Positions 27,762 to 38,536 of a stretch of DNA of 39,226 bases are shown here, one piece after another. This DNA is from an uncultured delta proteobacterium (GTDB lineage Bacteria > Myxococcota > Myxococcia > Myxococcales > Myxococcaceae), in the NCBI GenBank assembly GCA_963776345.1, contig CAVZMH010000011.1, forward strand, positions 1 to 39,226, in the 5' to 3' direction. Within the stretch, counting starts at the first letter, position 1, and every line of letters begins with the position of its first letter. The notes under the pieces were generated by a model, which did not search any database, had not been told where the DNA came from, and saw only the letters and a program-made list of their open reading frames with translations. The position numbers and the translations under genes are program-made.

Positions 27762-29183
27762 CTACGGGTGGAGCAGATCGAGGATTTCTGGCTTCTCTTC
27801 TTCGGCGGCCAGTACCTCGTGGCAGAGGCTGCAGCTCTTGGAGATCTTCCTTCCCTGCTCGTTCTTGTGCTCGTTGTCGTGACAACGGAAGCAGCCGGGC
27901 TCGTGCTTGAGGAAACTGGGGTAGGTGCCCCAGGTGATCCTCATCTCCGGAAACACGTTTCGTGCGTACACCCGGGTGAGCGTATCGGCAGCGCGCTCGA
28001 TTCGGTCCGCGTGTTTTTCGAGTAGATCGGGAGAGTTGGTCCGGTAGAACTCGGTCAGCGCCTTGTGAATGCCCTCTTTGGCATCAGCGTGTGATGCATA
28101 GGTTTGCTGGATGGCCTTGAGCCCCTCGCGTTTGATGAAGGGGAGCGTCTTGTCCAGCTCGCCGGATGTGAGAACGGCGTCCAGCTCGTCCTTGGGCAGT
28201 TGGTAGACATGGGTCGGGCGATTGTGACAGTCGACACAGTCCATCACCCGCCACCCCGGCTCGGCCTCGTCAGGCTTCGCGCCGTCGACCTTGTACACCT
28301 CCGGCTTCCCGTTGGCCCGGGTCAGCTCGATGTCGAAGATTTTCTGCCGTGACTTGTCCGACCGGTAGCGAATCCTGAGGTCTGGATCGACGTGCCAGTG
28401 AATGCCGTGAGCGCGCCCTGTCTCTCCGCCCCCGATCTTCATATAAAGGACCGTCTTCTTCTCGGTTTGCTTCTCGTCTTCGGCGAAACGGTTGAAGAAC
28501 CGGAGCCGCTCGCCGATGAACCTGGTGGGCCAGTGGCAATGCTCGCAGGTCTCGCGGGCCGGCCGCAGGTTCTCCACCGGGGCGGGAATGGGCCGCGGGT
28601 AGAGGTCGAGCGCGACGGACACCAGCTGCCACGACCCCGAGAGCTTCGACTTCACGAACCAGTCGGCTCCCGAGCCGATGTGGCACTCGGTGCACTTGAC
28701 GCGCGAGTGCGGCGATCTTTGGTAGGTGGTGAACTCGGGCGTCATCACCGTGTGACAGGTGCCCCCGCAGAACTGCGTCGAGTCCATCACCTCGACGCCC
28801 TTGAAGGTCCCGGCGGAGACGATCATCAAATTCACCACCGTCAGCACCATGACCAGCAGGGCGACGGAGCGCAGCCGGGGATTATTGAAGTCGAGGACCG
28901 GGAAATGGCTCGGCTGGCCCGACTTCTGCTCCTTCTTGCGCTGCAGGCGCAGCCCGATGGGAATCAGCACCAGCCCGACCACGAAGATCGCCGGGAGGAT
29001 CAGGTAGCTGAAGATGCCGGCGTAGTTTCCGATCGGTATGCCAGCGACCTCGAGCGCGAGGATCGCAAGAAACGAGATCGCGCCCAGCGTGGCGAGAGCC
29101 ACTCCGATCACCGAGACCCAGTTTGCGGTCGCTCGCCAGAGGAAGTCTCGAATCGCCGAAAGAACCTGTAGAATGTATTTCAC
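27762..29183 (-). CDS. NapC/NirT-family multiheme quinol dehydrogenase (ImcH-like)
   Basis: 3 N-terminal TM helices; FCGGTCH, CTECH, CEHCH, CVDCH, CFRCH, CSLCH; LRPARETC, GIHWH, FPEMRITWGTY. Confidence 0.85.
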   Translation of the reverse strand: MKYILQVLSAIRDFLWRATANWVSVIGVALATLGAISFLAILALEVAGIPIGNYAGIFSYLILPAIFVVGLVLIPIGLRLQRKKEQKSGQPSHFPVLDFNNPRLRSVALLVMVLTVVNLMIVSAGTFKGVEVMDSTQFCGGTCHTVMTPEFTTYQRSPHSRVKCTECHIGSGADWFVKSKLSGSWQLVSVALDLYPRPIPAPVENLRPARETCEHCHWPTRFIGERLRFFNRFAEDEKQTEKKTVLYMKIGGGETGRAHGIHWHVDPDLRIRYRSDKSRQKIFDIELTRANGKPEVYKVDGAKPDEAEPGWRVMDCVDCHNRPTHVYQLPKDELDAVLTSGELDKTLPFIKREGLKAIQQTYASHADAKEGIHKALTEFYRTNSPDLLEKHADRIERAADTLTRVYARNVFPEMRITWGTYPSFLKHEPGCFRCHDNEHKNEQGRKISKSCSLCHEVLAAEEEKPEILDLLHP

Positions 29184-29225
29184 GAGCGGGTTCCCATCGA
29201 GGCGCGCAAGGCGCCTGCCCTCGGG

Positions 29226-29460
29226 CTAGTGCGTGTGGCTTGGAGACAGGCGCGGAATGAGCAGCAGGGCGGCTCCGTAGAGGACGAAGGAGACGAGCAA
29301 CAAGAGTGGCCTCCCAGCCGGTAGCCCCCTGACGACCAGCTCCACTCCTCCCAGAGCCAGCGCGAGGTTCACGATCCACGTGAGCCCGGGGCATGCCACA
29401 CGCCTTCGGATCAGTGCAAGCGCCAAAGCGAGCGCCACGGCCACCAGGGTCCGCGCGGTG
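29226..29460 (-). pseudogene. C-terminal fragment of a membrane protein (possibly DUF2339-like)
   Basis: RTLVAVALALALA..LTWIV..GGVELV..LPAGRP..LYGAALLLIPRL; no convincing start. Confidence 0.4.
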
Positions 29461-29747
29461 TGAAGGGGCGACAGGCCTCCGGGACGGGGGTGGCCAGCCC
29501 TGCGGCGCTCGATGACGCCGGCTCGCCGCGATGGAGTGAACGCCCACTTGCTCCACGGGTCGTACGTCGATGGGGTTGTCGTAGACGGTGCTGCGGAACG
29601 TGCGCCATTTGCGCAGTGAAACGTGCATGAGCGCAATGCGTGCGGGGTTCAATGCAAGGCCTGCGCTCCTGCCCTTCCCTTGAGCTCTTCTTTGGTCTTG
29701 GCTGCGCATGGCCCATGCAACGCCACCCGTTTGAGGGAGATACAGCC

Positions 29748-30023
29748 ATGACCATCTTCGCGCTTCTGAGTTGGCAGGTGCTCGGGGCGGTGCTCGGCGC
29801 AGTGATCGCGGCGATGTGGAAGGTCCGTGGCCTCACCCTGGCCTGGGGGATCGTCTCGGGCGGCGTCGGCGGGGTGGTGGGCGGACTGCTCTGTCGGACC
29901 GTCCTCCCCCCCGGAATCCTCTTCGAGGCACTGGCCATGGCCGCCGCCGTCGTGGGTGCGGTGGTGGCCCTGTTCATCGCCCGGGCCAGCATCGGCAGGG
30001 AGCGCCCAGGCACCGTTCGATGA
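29748..30023 (+). CDS. Small Gly-rich membrane protein (GlsB/YeaQ/YmgE-like)
   Basis: GAGGGAG RBS; 91 aa with 3 TM segments; GGVGGVVGG and AVVGAVVAL. Confidence 0.65.
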   Translation: MTIFALLSWQVLGAVLGAVIAAMWKVRGLTLAWGIVSGGVGGVVGGLLCRTVLPPGILFEALAMAAAVVGAVVALFIARASIGRERPGTVR

Positions 30024-30232
30024 GGTGCCCGATGGCACGACCTCGCCCAGCGCGTTGAACGCCGTGACCAGCTGCCCGGGATCGTCTGCGGCCCGAGCTT
30101 CGCGGCGAGCTCCTGGCGCTCGGTGAAGGACGAGTTCAGGCGGTAGAGCGAGGGCGCGGTCTGGAGCCGCAGCGGCAGCCCGTTCCTGTCGAGATCGGAA
30201 TGCGTCGGCCGGTGCCGGGGGAGCGGCTCGAC

Positions 30233-31354
30233 TCAGAGGCTGAGGTGCCTGGCCAGCTGCTCGAGGCTGGCCAGGTCGTTCGCCGGCGCGAACACGTCCA
30301 GGTGCGGGAGCGCCGCCTGCATCCCGCGGGTCAGCGGCTCGTACCCGGGGCTCCCGAGGAGCGGGTTCAGCCAGACCAGGCGGCCCGCCCGGCGGCGAAG
30401 CGTGGCGAGCGCCTCCCCGAGCACCTCGGGGTCCCCGGTCTCCCAGCCGTCGCTGAGCACCACCACCACCGTCCGGCGATCCACCAGCCGGGGCCAGCCG
30501 GCGACGAAGGCGGCGAGCGACTCGCCGATGCGCGTGCCTCCGCTCCAGTCCTGCACCCGCTCCGAGAGGCTCCCCAGCGCATCGCGGTAGCCGGGCGCCC
30601 GGAGCTGGTCGGTGACCCGGCTCAGGCGGGTGGCGAAGACGAAGGTCTCCACCCGGGAGAAGGCGTTCTGCAGCGCATAGAGGAACTGGAGGAGCAGACG
30701 GGCGTAGAGGTCCATCGAGCCCGAGACGTCGGCGAGGATGACCAGGCGGGTCCGCCGGAGCTTCCGCTCGCGGTAGCTCAGGGTGGAGAGCTCCCCGCCG
30801 GTCTTCATCGCCTCGCGGAGCGTTCGCCGGAGGGAGACCTGCTCCCCGCGCCGCGCCTGACGCCATCGCCGGCCGGGCCGGGCGCTCAGCCGCCGGGCGA
30901 TACGACGGGCGAGCGCGGTCACCGCCCGGAGCTCCTCCTCGCCGAAGGTCGCGAAGTCCTGGCGCCCCAGCGCCTCCCGAGGGCTCGGAGCCGGGACCGG
31001 GAGCTCCTCCACCTCCTGGACGGACTCGCCGGTCCGGCGGCGCTTCGAGGCGGCGCCGAGCGCCTCCCGGTCCTCCTCGGCGTCCGGCGGGATGACCGGG
31101 GGGTTGCGGGCCACCGGAGCGCCGCCGCCCCAGAAGGACTCGAAGAGCTCGTCGAACAGCGGGGCATCCTCGGCGCGCTTCACCAGCGCGGTGCGCAGCG
31201 CGAGCCGGACGTCCTCCCGGTCGACGAGGTCCACCGAGTCCAGGGCGCGGGTCGCGTCCAGCGTGTCTCCCGGCCCGAGCCGGAGCCCCTCCGCCCGGAG
31301 ACGGCGGCAGAAGCGGGCGGTGTGCTCGACGAGCGTGGCCGGCGACGCGGTCAT
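30233..31354 (-). CDS. coxE: CoxE-like vWA domain protein
   Basis: DVSGSM MIDAS motif, FATRL, WSGGTRIG, SDGW, WLNPL. Confidence 0.92.
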   Translation of the reverse strand: MTASPATLVEHTARFCRRLRAEGLRLGPGDTLDATRALDSVDLVDREDVRLALRTALVKRAEDAPLFDELFESFWGGGAPVARNPPVIPPDAEEDREALGAASKRRRTGESVQEVEELPVPAPSPREALGRQDFATFGEEELRAVTALARRIARRLSARPGRRWRQARRGEQVSLRRTLREAMKTGGELSTLSYRERKLRRTRLVILADVSGSMDLYARLLLQFLYALQNAFSRVETFVFATRLSRVTDQLRAPGYRDALGSLSERVQDWSGGTRIGESLAAFVAGWPRLVDRRTVVVVLSDGWETGDPEVLGEALATLRRRAGRLVWLNPLLGSPGYEPLTRGMQAALPHLDVFAPANDLASLEQLARHLSL

Positions 31355-32241
31355 GCCAGCGGCGACGAGAGCGCAGCCAGCTCGCCCGCGTCGAGCCTGG
31401 CGGTGACCGTCCGGAGGTCCTCCTCGTCCTTGAGGAAGCACCCCAGGGTCTCGCGGACCAGGTCCTCGTCCAGGTGCGAGGCGTGCAGCGTGACCAGGGC
31501 CTGCGCCCAGTCGAGCGACTCGGCCACCCCCGGCACCTTGGCCAGCTTCATCCGGCGCAGCGCGTGGATGAAGGCGGTGACCTCGCGCGCCAGCCGCTCA
31601 TCGATGCCGGGGACCCGCGTCCGGACGATGCGGAGCTCCTTCTCCAGCGGCGGGTAGTCGATCCACAGGTAGAGGCAGCGCCGGCGCAGCGCGTCGGAGA
31701 GATCGCGCGCGCGGTTGGAGGTGAGGACCACCGCCGGCCGCGCGGCGGCGCGCACCGTGCCGATCTCGGGGATGGTGACCTGGAAGTCGGAGAGCACCTC
31801 GAGGAGGAAGGCCTCGAACTCCTCGTCCGCCCGGTCCACCTCGTCGATGAGCAGCACCGGCGGGCGGCCCTGGTGAGTGATGGCCTGCAGGAGCGGACGC
31901 TTGAGGAGGAACCGCTCGCTGAAGATGTCCGCCTCACGCGCCGCCGCCGAGCGCTCCCCGTCCTGCTGGAGCCGGATGTGGAGCAGCTGCTTCGGGTAGT
32001 TCCACTCGTAGAGCGCGGTGGTGGCGTCGAGCCCCTCGTAGCACTGGAGCCGGATCAGGTCGCCCTGCAGCATGGCGGCCAGCACCTTGGCGATCTCGGT
32101 CTTGCCCACGCCGGGGTGCCCCTCGACCAGCAGCGGCTTGCCCAGCGCGGTCGCCAGATGGACCGCGGTGGCCACCGCGCGGTCGGTCACGTACCCCTCG
32201 CGCTCCATCGACTGCTGGATACGCTGGATCTCCTCGCGCAC
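31351..32241 (-). CDS. coxD: CoxD-like MoxR AAA+ ATPase
   Basis: EGHPGVGKTE, RLQCYEGLD, LLIDEVDRADEEFE, DALRRRC. Confidence 0.92.
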   Translation of the reverse strand: MREEIQRIQQSMEREGYVTDRAVATAVHLATALGKPLLVEGHPGVGKTEIAKVLAAMLQGDLIRLQCYEGLDATTALYEWNYPKQLLHIRLQQDGERSAAAREADIFSERFLLKRPLLQAITHQGRPPVLLIDEVDRADEEFEAFLLEVLSDFQVTIPEIGTVRAAARPAVVLTSNRARDLSDALRRRCLYLWIDYPPLEKELRIVRTRVPGIDERLAREVTAFIHALRRMKLAKVPGVAESLDWAQALVTLHASHLDEDLVRETLGCFLKDEEDLRTVTARLDAGELAALSSPLA

Positions 32242-32249
32242 GGTCGGGG

Positions 32250-33116
32250 TTACCCGCCCGCCCGCTCGAGCGCCGTGGTCACCGCCCGCCGGGTGAAGGT
32301 CACCGCCAGCGCGCGCCAGTAGTCCGCCTCCATCCGCGGGTCGGAGCGGACGGTGAGCCCGTCGACGACCTTCTCCGCCGCGGAGGCGACCGCCGTGGCG
32401 TCGGCGGCATTGCCGATCAGCGCCGCCTCGGTGCCGCTCGCGCGGGACGCCTTCGGCCCCACCCCGGTGATGGCCACCCGCGCCCCGGTGATCTTCCGGG
32501 CGGCCACGGTGATCATCGCCGCGACGCCGACGATGGCGTAGCGCGAGGCCGGGTGGGCGAACTTGGCGTAGGCGCCACCCGTTCCGGCGGGCGGCAGCGG
32601 GAGGCGCACCTCGGTCAGCACCTCGCCGGGGCCGAGCGCGGTGGTGAAGAGCTTGAGGAAGAAGAGGCCGATCGGGATGCTCCGCGTGCCCTTGGGCCCC
32701 ACCGCCACCAGCTCGGCGCCGAGCGCGAGCATCACCGCGGGGAGGTCGGCCGCGGGGTCGGCGTGGGCCAGACTCCCGCCGATGGTGCCCATGTTCCTGA
32801 CCTGGGGATCGCCGATCTGCGCGGCGGCCTCGGAGAGGATGGCGAGGCGCTGGCGGACGACCGGAGAGCGCTCGAGGACCTGGTAGGGCGTGGCCGCGCC
32901 GATCACCAGGGCGCCCGACTCCTCGCGCACCCCCGACAGGCCGGGGATGCGCCGGATGTCGACCAGATGCTTCGGGTCGGCGAGCCGCAGCTTCATCAGC
33001 GGCAGCAGCGAGTGCCCGCCGGCGAGGAGCCTGGCCCCGTCGCCGTAGCGGGCCAGGAGGTCCACCGCCTCCTGGACGCTCCTCGCGCGGTGGTACTCGA
33101 ACGGGCCGGGGTACAT
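32250..33116 (-). CDS. coxM: CoxM-like FAD-binding subunit
   Basis: LAGGHSLLPLMKLR, VRNMGTIGGSLAHADPAAD. Confidence 0.92.
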   Translation of the reverse strand: MYPGPFEYHRARSVQEAVDLLARYGDGARLLAGGHSLLPLMKLRLADPKHLVDIRRIPGLSGVREESGALVIGAATPYQVLERSPVVRQRLAILSEAAAQIGDPQVRNMGTIGGSLAHADPAADLPAVMLALGAELVAVGPKGTRSIPIGLFFLKLFTTALGPGEVLTEVRLPLPPAGTGGAYAKFAHPASRYAIVGVAAMITVAARKITGARVAITGVGPKASRASGTEAALIGNAADATAVASAAEKVVDGLTVRSDPRMEADYWRALAVTFTRRAVTTALERAGG

Positions 33117-33118
33117 GA

Positions 33119-35494
33119 CTATCTCCTCCCCGCTGCGCGGGCCGCCTGGATCGCCTTCCAGACCTTCTGCGGCGTGAGCGGCAGGTCCAGGTGGGTGATG
33201 CCAAACGGCGAGAGCGCGTCCATCACCGCGTTGGCCACCGCCGGCGTCGAGGCGATGGTGCCCGCCTCGCCCGCGCCCTTCACCCCCAGCGGGTTCACCG
33301 GGGAGGGAGTCACCGTGCGGTCGGTCTCGAACTTCGGGAGCTGGTCGGCCCGCGGCAGGCCATAGTCCATCAGCGAGCCGGTGGTGAGCTGCCCCGCGTC
33401 GTCGTAGCTGGCCCACTCCCAGAGCGCCTGCGCCACGCCCTGGGCGATGCCGCCGTGGAGCTGGCCGTCGACGATCATCGGGTTGATGACGTTCCCCACG
33501 TCGTCCACCGCCACGTAGCGGATCAGCGCCGTCCGCCCGGTCTCCACGTCCACCTCCACCACCGCCACGTGCGTCCCGAAGGGGAAGGTGAAGTTCGAGG
33601 GGTCGTAGAAGCTGGTCGCCTCCAGGCCGGGCTCCATCCCCGCGGGCATCTTGTGGGCGAGGTAGGCGGCCAGGCTCACCTCGGCGAAGGCCTTGCCCCG
33701 GTCGGGGGAGCCCTTCACCGAGAACCGACCGCCCTTGAACTCGACGTCGTCCGGCGCCGCCTCGAGCAGGTGCGCGGCGAGCGCACGGCCCTTGTCGATG
33801 ACCTTCTGCAGGCTCATGTAGATCGCCGTGCCGCCCACCGCGCCGCTCCGGCTGCCGTAGGTGCCCATCCCGAAGGGGATCCGGCCGGTGTCCCCGTGCA
33901 CGATCTCCACGTCGGTCAGCGGGATGCCCAGGGTGTCCGCCACCAGCTGGGAGAAGGTCGTCTCGTGCCCCTGGCCGTGGCTGTGCGAGCCGGTGAGGAC
34001 CGTCACCTTGCCGGTGGGATGGACCCGCACCGTGCCGCTCTCGTAGAGGCCGGCCTGCGCGCCGAGCGAGCCCACCACCTGCGAGGGGGCGATGCCGCAG
34101 GCCTCGATGTAGCAGGACAGCCCGAGCCCGAGGTACTTGCCCTGCTTGCGCGCCTCGGCCTGCTCGGCGCGGAAGCGCTCGTACCCCACCATCTGCAGCG
34201 CCCGGGCGAGCGCCGGGGCGTAGTTGCCGCTGTCGTAGGTGAGGGCCACCTGGGTCTGGAACGGGAAGCGCTCCTTGGGGATGAGGTTCCTGCGGCGGAG
34301 ATCCGCCGGGTCCGCGCCCAGCTCGTGGGCCGCCAGGTCCATGGTCCGCTCGAGCAGGTAGCAGGCCTCGGGACGGCCGGCGCCGCGGTACGCGTCCACC
34401 GGGACGGTGTGGGTGAAGACCCCGTCCACCTCGCAGAAGATGGCGGGGATGTCGTAGACGCCGTTGAGCAGCGTCCCGTAGAGGTAGGTGGGCACCGCGG
34501 GCGCGAAGAGCGTCAGGTAAGCACCGAGGTTGGCCACGGTCTTGACCCTGAGCCCGGCCAGCTTGCCGCCGGCGTCGAAGCCCATCTCCACCTCGGAGAC
34601 GTGGTCGCGACCCTGGGCATCGGTGAGGAAGCTCTCGGTGCGCTGGGCGGTCCACTTCACCGGCACCCCGAGCTTTTTCGCCATCCAGGCCACGGCGACC
34701 TCCTCGGGGTAGATGAAGATCTTCGACCCGAAGCCGCCGCCGACGTCCGGGGCGATGACCCGGAACCTCTGCTCGGGCAGGCCGAGGACGAACGCGCCCA
34801 TGATCAGCCGATGCACGTGCGGGTTCTGGGAGGTGACCCAGAGGGTCAGCTCGTCGGTGGCGGCCTGGTAGCTGGCGAGCGAGGCCCTGGGCTCGATGGC
34901 GTTGGCGATCAGCCGCTGGTTGACCAGGTGGGTGCGGACCACCTTCGCCGCTCCGCCGAGCGCGGCCTCGGTCTTCGCCCGGTCGCCGATCTCCCAGTGG
35001 AAGCAGCGGTTGTCGGGCGCGCTGGCGTGGACCTGGGGCGCGCCCGGCCGGAGGGCGGCCACCGCGTCCACCACCACCGGGAGCCCCTCGTAGTCCACCT
35101 CGACCAGCTCCGCGGCGTCGCGGGCGATCGCCGCCGACTCGGCCACCACCACCGCCACCGCCTCGCCGGTGTGGCGCACCAGGTCCACGGCAATGGCCCG
35201 GAAGTCGGTGGTCTTCAGGCCCGGGAGGAGCCACCCCACCGGGATGGGGTTGACCCCTGCGTCGGCGAGGTCCTTCCCGGTGAACACCGCCCGCACTCCG
35301 GGGTGGGCCAGCGCCCGCGAGCCGTCGATGCGGCGGATGCGGGCGTGGGCCAGGGAGCTGCGGACGAACACCGCGTGCTGCGTCCCCGGGAGCTTCACGT
35401 CGTCGGTGTACGTCCCTCGTCCGGTGATGAACCGGGGGTCCTCTCGCCGCCTGATGGCCTTGCCCATCAGACGCTCGACGCTCGCCGTCGCCAT
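33119..35494 (-). CDS. coxL: Molybdopterin-binding large subunit, form II CoxL-like (xanthine dehydrogenase family)
   Basis: GGGFGSK, AYRGAGR (form II signature), [22 protein letters not shown]. Confidence 0.92.
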   Translation of the reverse strand: MATASVERLMGKAIRRREDPRFITGRGTYTDDVKLPGTQHAVFVRSSLAHARIRRIDGSRALAHPGVRAVFTGKDLADAGVNPIPVGWLLPGLKTTDFRAIAVDLVRHTGEAVAVVVAESAAIARDAAELVEVDYEGLPVVVDAVAALRPGAPQVHASAPDNRCFHWEIGDRAKTEAALGGAAKVVRTHLVNQRLIANAIEPRASLASYQAATDELTLWVTSQNPHVHRLIMGAFVLGLPEQRFRVIAPDVGGGFGSKIFIYPEEVAVAWMAKKLGVPVKWTAQRTESFLTDAQGRDHVSEVEMGFDAGGKLAGLRVKTVANLGAYLTLFAPAVPTYLYGTLLNGVYDIPAIFCEVDGVFTHTVPVDAYRGAGRPEACYLLERTMDLAAHELGADPADLRRRNLIPKERFPFQTQVALTYDSGNYAPALARALQMVGYERFRAEQAEARKQGKYLGLGLSCYIEACGIAPSQVVGSLGAQAGLYESGTVRVHPTGKVTVLTGSHSHGQGHETTFSQLVADTLGIPLTDVEIVHGDTGRIPFGMGTYGSRSGAVGGTAIYMSLQKVIDKGRALAAHLLEAAPDDVEFKGGRFSVKGSPDRGKAFAEVSLAAYLAHKMPAGMEPGLEATSFYDPSNFTFPFGTHVAVVEVDVETGRTALIRYVAVDDVGNVINPMIVDGQLHGGIAQGVAQALWEWASYDDAGQLTTGSLMDYGLPRADQLPKFETDRTVTPSPVNPLGVKGAGEAGTIASTPAVANAVMDALSPFGITHLDLPLTPQKVWKAIQAARAAGRR

Positions 35495-35504
35495 GCGCAG
35501 CCTC

Positions 35505-36011
<507 letters not shown>

Positions 36012-36216
36012 CGAGGCACCTCCAGAGCACGCGCCCCGGGAACAGCTCGAGGCGGCCACGGACATTGCCGAGCGCGGTCGGTGCGGGTCAAGCACGCGAG
36101 CAGGCGACACCGCTTCCGACGCAGCGTGGCAATAGCCCCGGGGCTCGTTGACAGTGCCGGGACGCCGCGCGTTCATACGCCGCTCGTCCGGCTCGGAGTC
36201 CGAGGGAGGTCCTTCG

Positions 36217-36825
36217 GTGGATCGAGGTGACAGCATCGCCGGCGTGCTCCTCGCCGCGGGGACCTCGAGCCGGATGGGCCGGAACAAGCTGCTCCTCGAG
36301 GTGGCCGGGCAGAGCGTTCTCCGCCGAGCGGTGGGCACGGCCCTCCAGGCGGAGCTCGACCCGGTCCTGGTGGTGCTCGGGCACGAGAGCGAGGCCGCCC
36401 GTGGCGAGCTCCAGGGCCTTCCCTGCGAGGTGGTGCTCAACCTGGGCTACCAGGAGGGGATCCACAGCTCGCTCCGCACCGGCATCGCCGCGGTGCCCGG
36501 GCGGTGCGCCGCCGCGGTGGTGCTGCTCGCGGACATGCCGCTGGTGGACGCGGGGATGATCCGCACCCTGGTGGACCGCTACCGCGCGGGCGGCGCCCCC
36601 CTGGTGGTCTCGGAGTACGAGGGAGTGGACGCTCCGCCGATCCTCTACGACCGGCGGCTCTTCCCCGAGCTCCGGGCGCTGGAGGGCGAGGGCTGCGGGA
36701 AGCGGGTGGTGAAGCGGCACAGCGCCGAGGCGATCCGCATCCGCTGGCCCGCGCGCGCCCTGACCGACCTCGACCTCCCGGACGACCTGGAGCGGGTGCG
36801 CTCGGCCCTGGCGGGTGGGCGATGA
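36217..36825 (+). CDS. Molybdenum cofactor cytidylyltransferase (MocA-like)
   Basis: [34 protein letters not shown] before the GTG. Confidence 0.88.
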   Translation: MDRGDSIAGVLLAAGTSSRMGRNKLLLEVAGQSVLRRAVGTALQAELDPVLVVLGHESEAARGELQGLPCEVVLNLGYQEGIHSSLRTGIAAVPGRCAAAVVLLADMPLVDAGMIRTLVDRYRAGGAPLVVSEYEGVDAPPILYDRRLFPELRALEGEGCGKRVVKRHSAEAIRIRWPARALTDLDLPDDLERVRSALAGGR

Positions 36826-37808
36826 GGGCCGAGCTCCTCCAGCTCGCGGCGGACCTCGCCAAGCGACGGCAGCCCTTCGTCCTGGCGATGGTGGTCCGGC
36901 GTCAGCCGTACAGCTCCGCGCAGCAGGGCGACATGGCGATCATCACCGCCGACGGCGGCTACCACGGGTGGCTGGGCGGGAACTGCACCCAGCCGGTGGT
37001 CAAGCGCGAGGCGGGCCGGGCGCTGGCCGACGGCCGGCCGCGGCTGCTCTCGCTCTCACCCGAGGCAGGCAGCGACGACCGTCCCGGGGTGACCGTGCTC
37101 CCGATGGTCTGCCAGAGCGGAGGAACCGTGGACGTGTACCTCGAGCCCGTCCTCCCGCCGCCGCGCCTGGTGCTCTTCGGCCTCTCCCCCGTCATCCGGG
37201 CCCTGGCGCAGCTGGGGAAGGGGCTGGGCTACTCGGTGGACGCGGTGGACCCGCACGCCGAGGCCCGGCTGCTCCCCGGCGCGGACCGCATCTTCGTCGA
37301 CTGGGCCAGCCCCGAGCTCCGCGACGGAGGGGCGCTCCAGCGGACGTACGCGGTGGTGGCCACCATGGGGGAGCACGACGAGGAGGCGGTGACCACTGCG
37401 CTGGCGCTCCGCCCGGCGTACCTGGGAGTGGTGGCGAGCCGGACCCGCTTCGGGCAGCTGCGCGAGGCGCTGGTGGCGCGGGGAGTGGCCGCCGAGCCGC
37501 TGGGGCGGATCCGGAACCCGGCCGGCCTGGACATCGGGGCCCGGCTCCCCGAGGAGGTGGCGCTGAGCATCCTGGCGGAGATCGTCCAGGGCGCGAGGAC
37601 CCACGCGACCCCCGAGCCACCGTCCCCTCCTCCGCCCACGGCCGACGAGGCGCTGGACCCGGTGTGCGGGATGACCGTGGTGGTGGCCACTGCGCGGCAC
37701 CGGGCCGAGCACGCCGGACGGACCTTCTTCTTCTGCAATCCCCGCTGCCGCGAGAAGTTCCTCGTGGCGCCGGAGCGGTACCTCACCGCCTTGCCCGCGG
37801 AGTCCTGA
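36822..37808 (+). CDS. XdhC/CoxF family Moco chaperone with C-terminal YHS domain
   Basis: GWLGGNC, NPAGLDIGA..PEEVALSILAEI; DPVCGM...FFFCNPRC. Confidence 0.9.
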   Translation: MRAELLQLAADLAKRRQPFVLAMVVRRQPYSSAQQGDMAIITADGGYHGWLGGNCTQPVVKREAGRALADGRPRLLSLSPEAGSDDRPGVTVLPMVCQSGGTVDVYLEPVLPPPRLVLFGLSPVIRALAQLGKGLGYSVDAVDPHAEARLLPGADRIFVDWASPELRDGGALQRTYAVVATMGEHDEEAVTTALALRPAYLGVVASRTRFGQLREALVARGVAAEPLGRIRNPAGLDIGARLPEEVALSILAEIVQGARTHATPEPPSPPPPTADEALDPVCGMTVVVATARHRAEHAGRTFFFCNPRCREKFLVAPERYLTALPAES

Positions 37809-37814
37809 GCGCCG

Positions 37815-38528
37815 ATGGCCCTGGAGATCGCCAAGACCTTCGTGGTGAACGCCGCGCCCGACGCGGTCTGGAGCTTCCTGATCGACCTCCCGCGGGTGGC
37901 GCGCTGCCTCCCGGGCGCGGCGATCGGCGAGCGGCTCGACGAGCGGACCTCCACCGGGACGATGACCATCAAGGTGGGACCGGTCTCCTCCAGCTACCGG
38001 GGGAAGGTGGTCTTCGAGCGGCTGGACGCCGGCGCCCGGACCGCGGAGCTGGTCGCCAGCGGGCAGGACGTCCGGGGCAAGGGGGGAGCCGACCTCCGGC
38101 TCACCAGCAGCCTGAAGGCGCTCCCCGGCGGGCAGACCGAGGTCACCGCGGTGTCCCTGGTGAACGTCACCGGGATCCTCGCCCAGATGGGCCGGGGGAT
38201 GATCCAGGACGTCAGCGACGAGATGTTCCAGATCTTCTCCGAGCGGATGCGGGCGGAGCTCGAGTCCGGCGGCGCGGCGGCTGTGGGGGGGGCCGGGGAA
38301 CGGCCGCCCGCCGCGAGCACCGCGGCGCCGGCGGGCGCAGGCTCGGGCGTGAGCGCTCCGGCGACGGCCGCCCCGGCCGAGGCGCTGGACGCGGCGGCGC
38401 TCGGGGCGCGGGTGGCACGCCGCTCGGCGGCGCGCTGGGCCCGGCGGCCGGGCTTCTGGGTGATCGTCCTGCTGATCCTCGCCGGCATCCTCTACCTGCT
38501 TCTGCACCGGTCGTCGTCAGGCCCGTAG
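37815..38528 (+). CDS. coxG: CoxG-like SRPBCC protein with C-terminal TM anchor
   Basis: VWSFLIDLPRVARCLPGA..IKVGPV..YRG..GILAQMGRGMI; Ala/Pro linker; hydrophobic tail. Confidence 0.88.
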   Translation: MALEIAKTFVVNAAPDAVWSFLIDLPRVARCLPGAAIGERLDERTSTGTMTIKVGPVSSSYRGKVVFERLDAGARTAELVASGQDVRGKGGADLRLTSSLKALPGGQTEVTAVSLVNVTGILAQMGRGMIQDVSDEMFQIFSERMRAELESGGAAAVGGAGERPPAASTAAPAGAGSGVSAPATAAPAEALDAAALGARVARRSAARWARRPGFWVIVLLILAGILYLLLHRSSSGP

Positions 38529-38536
38529 GAGGGACC

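Noticed and set aside
29592..29607. Possible sigma54 promoter (TGGCGCACGTTCCGCA, minus strand)
   Set aside because: GG/GC spacing fits, but the -12 element is poor and it lies about 400 bp from the cytochrome start.
33119..35494. Calling this gene a true CO dehydrogenase
   Set aside because: It has AYRGAGR rather than the Cu-ligating AYxCSFR; the substrate is unknown.
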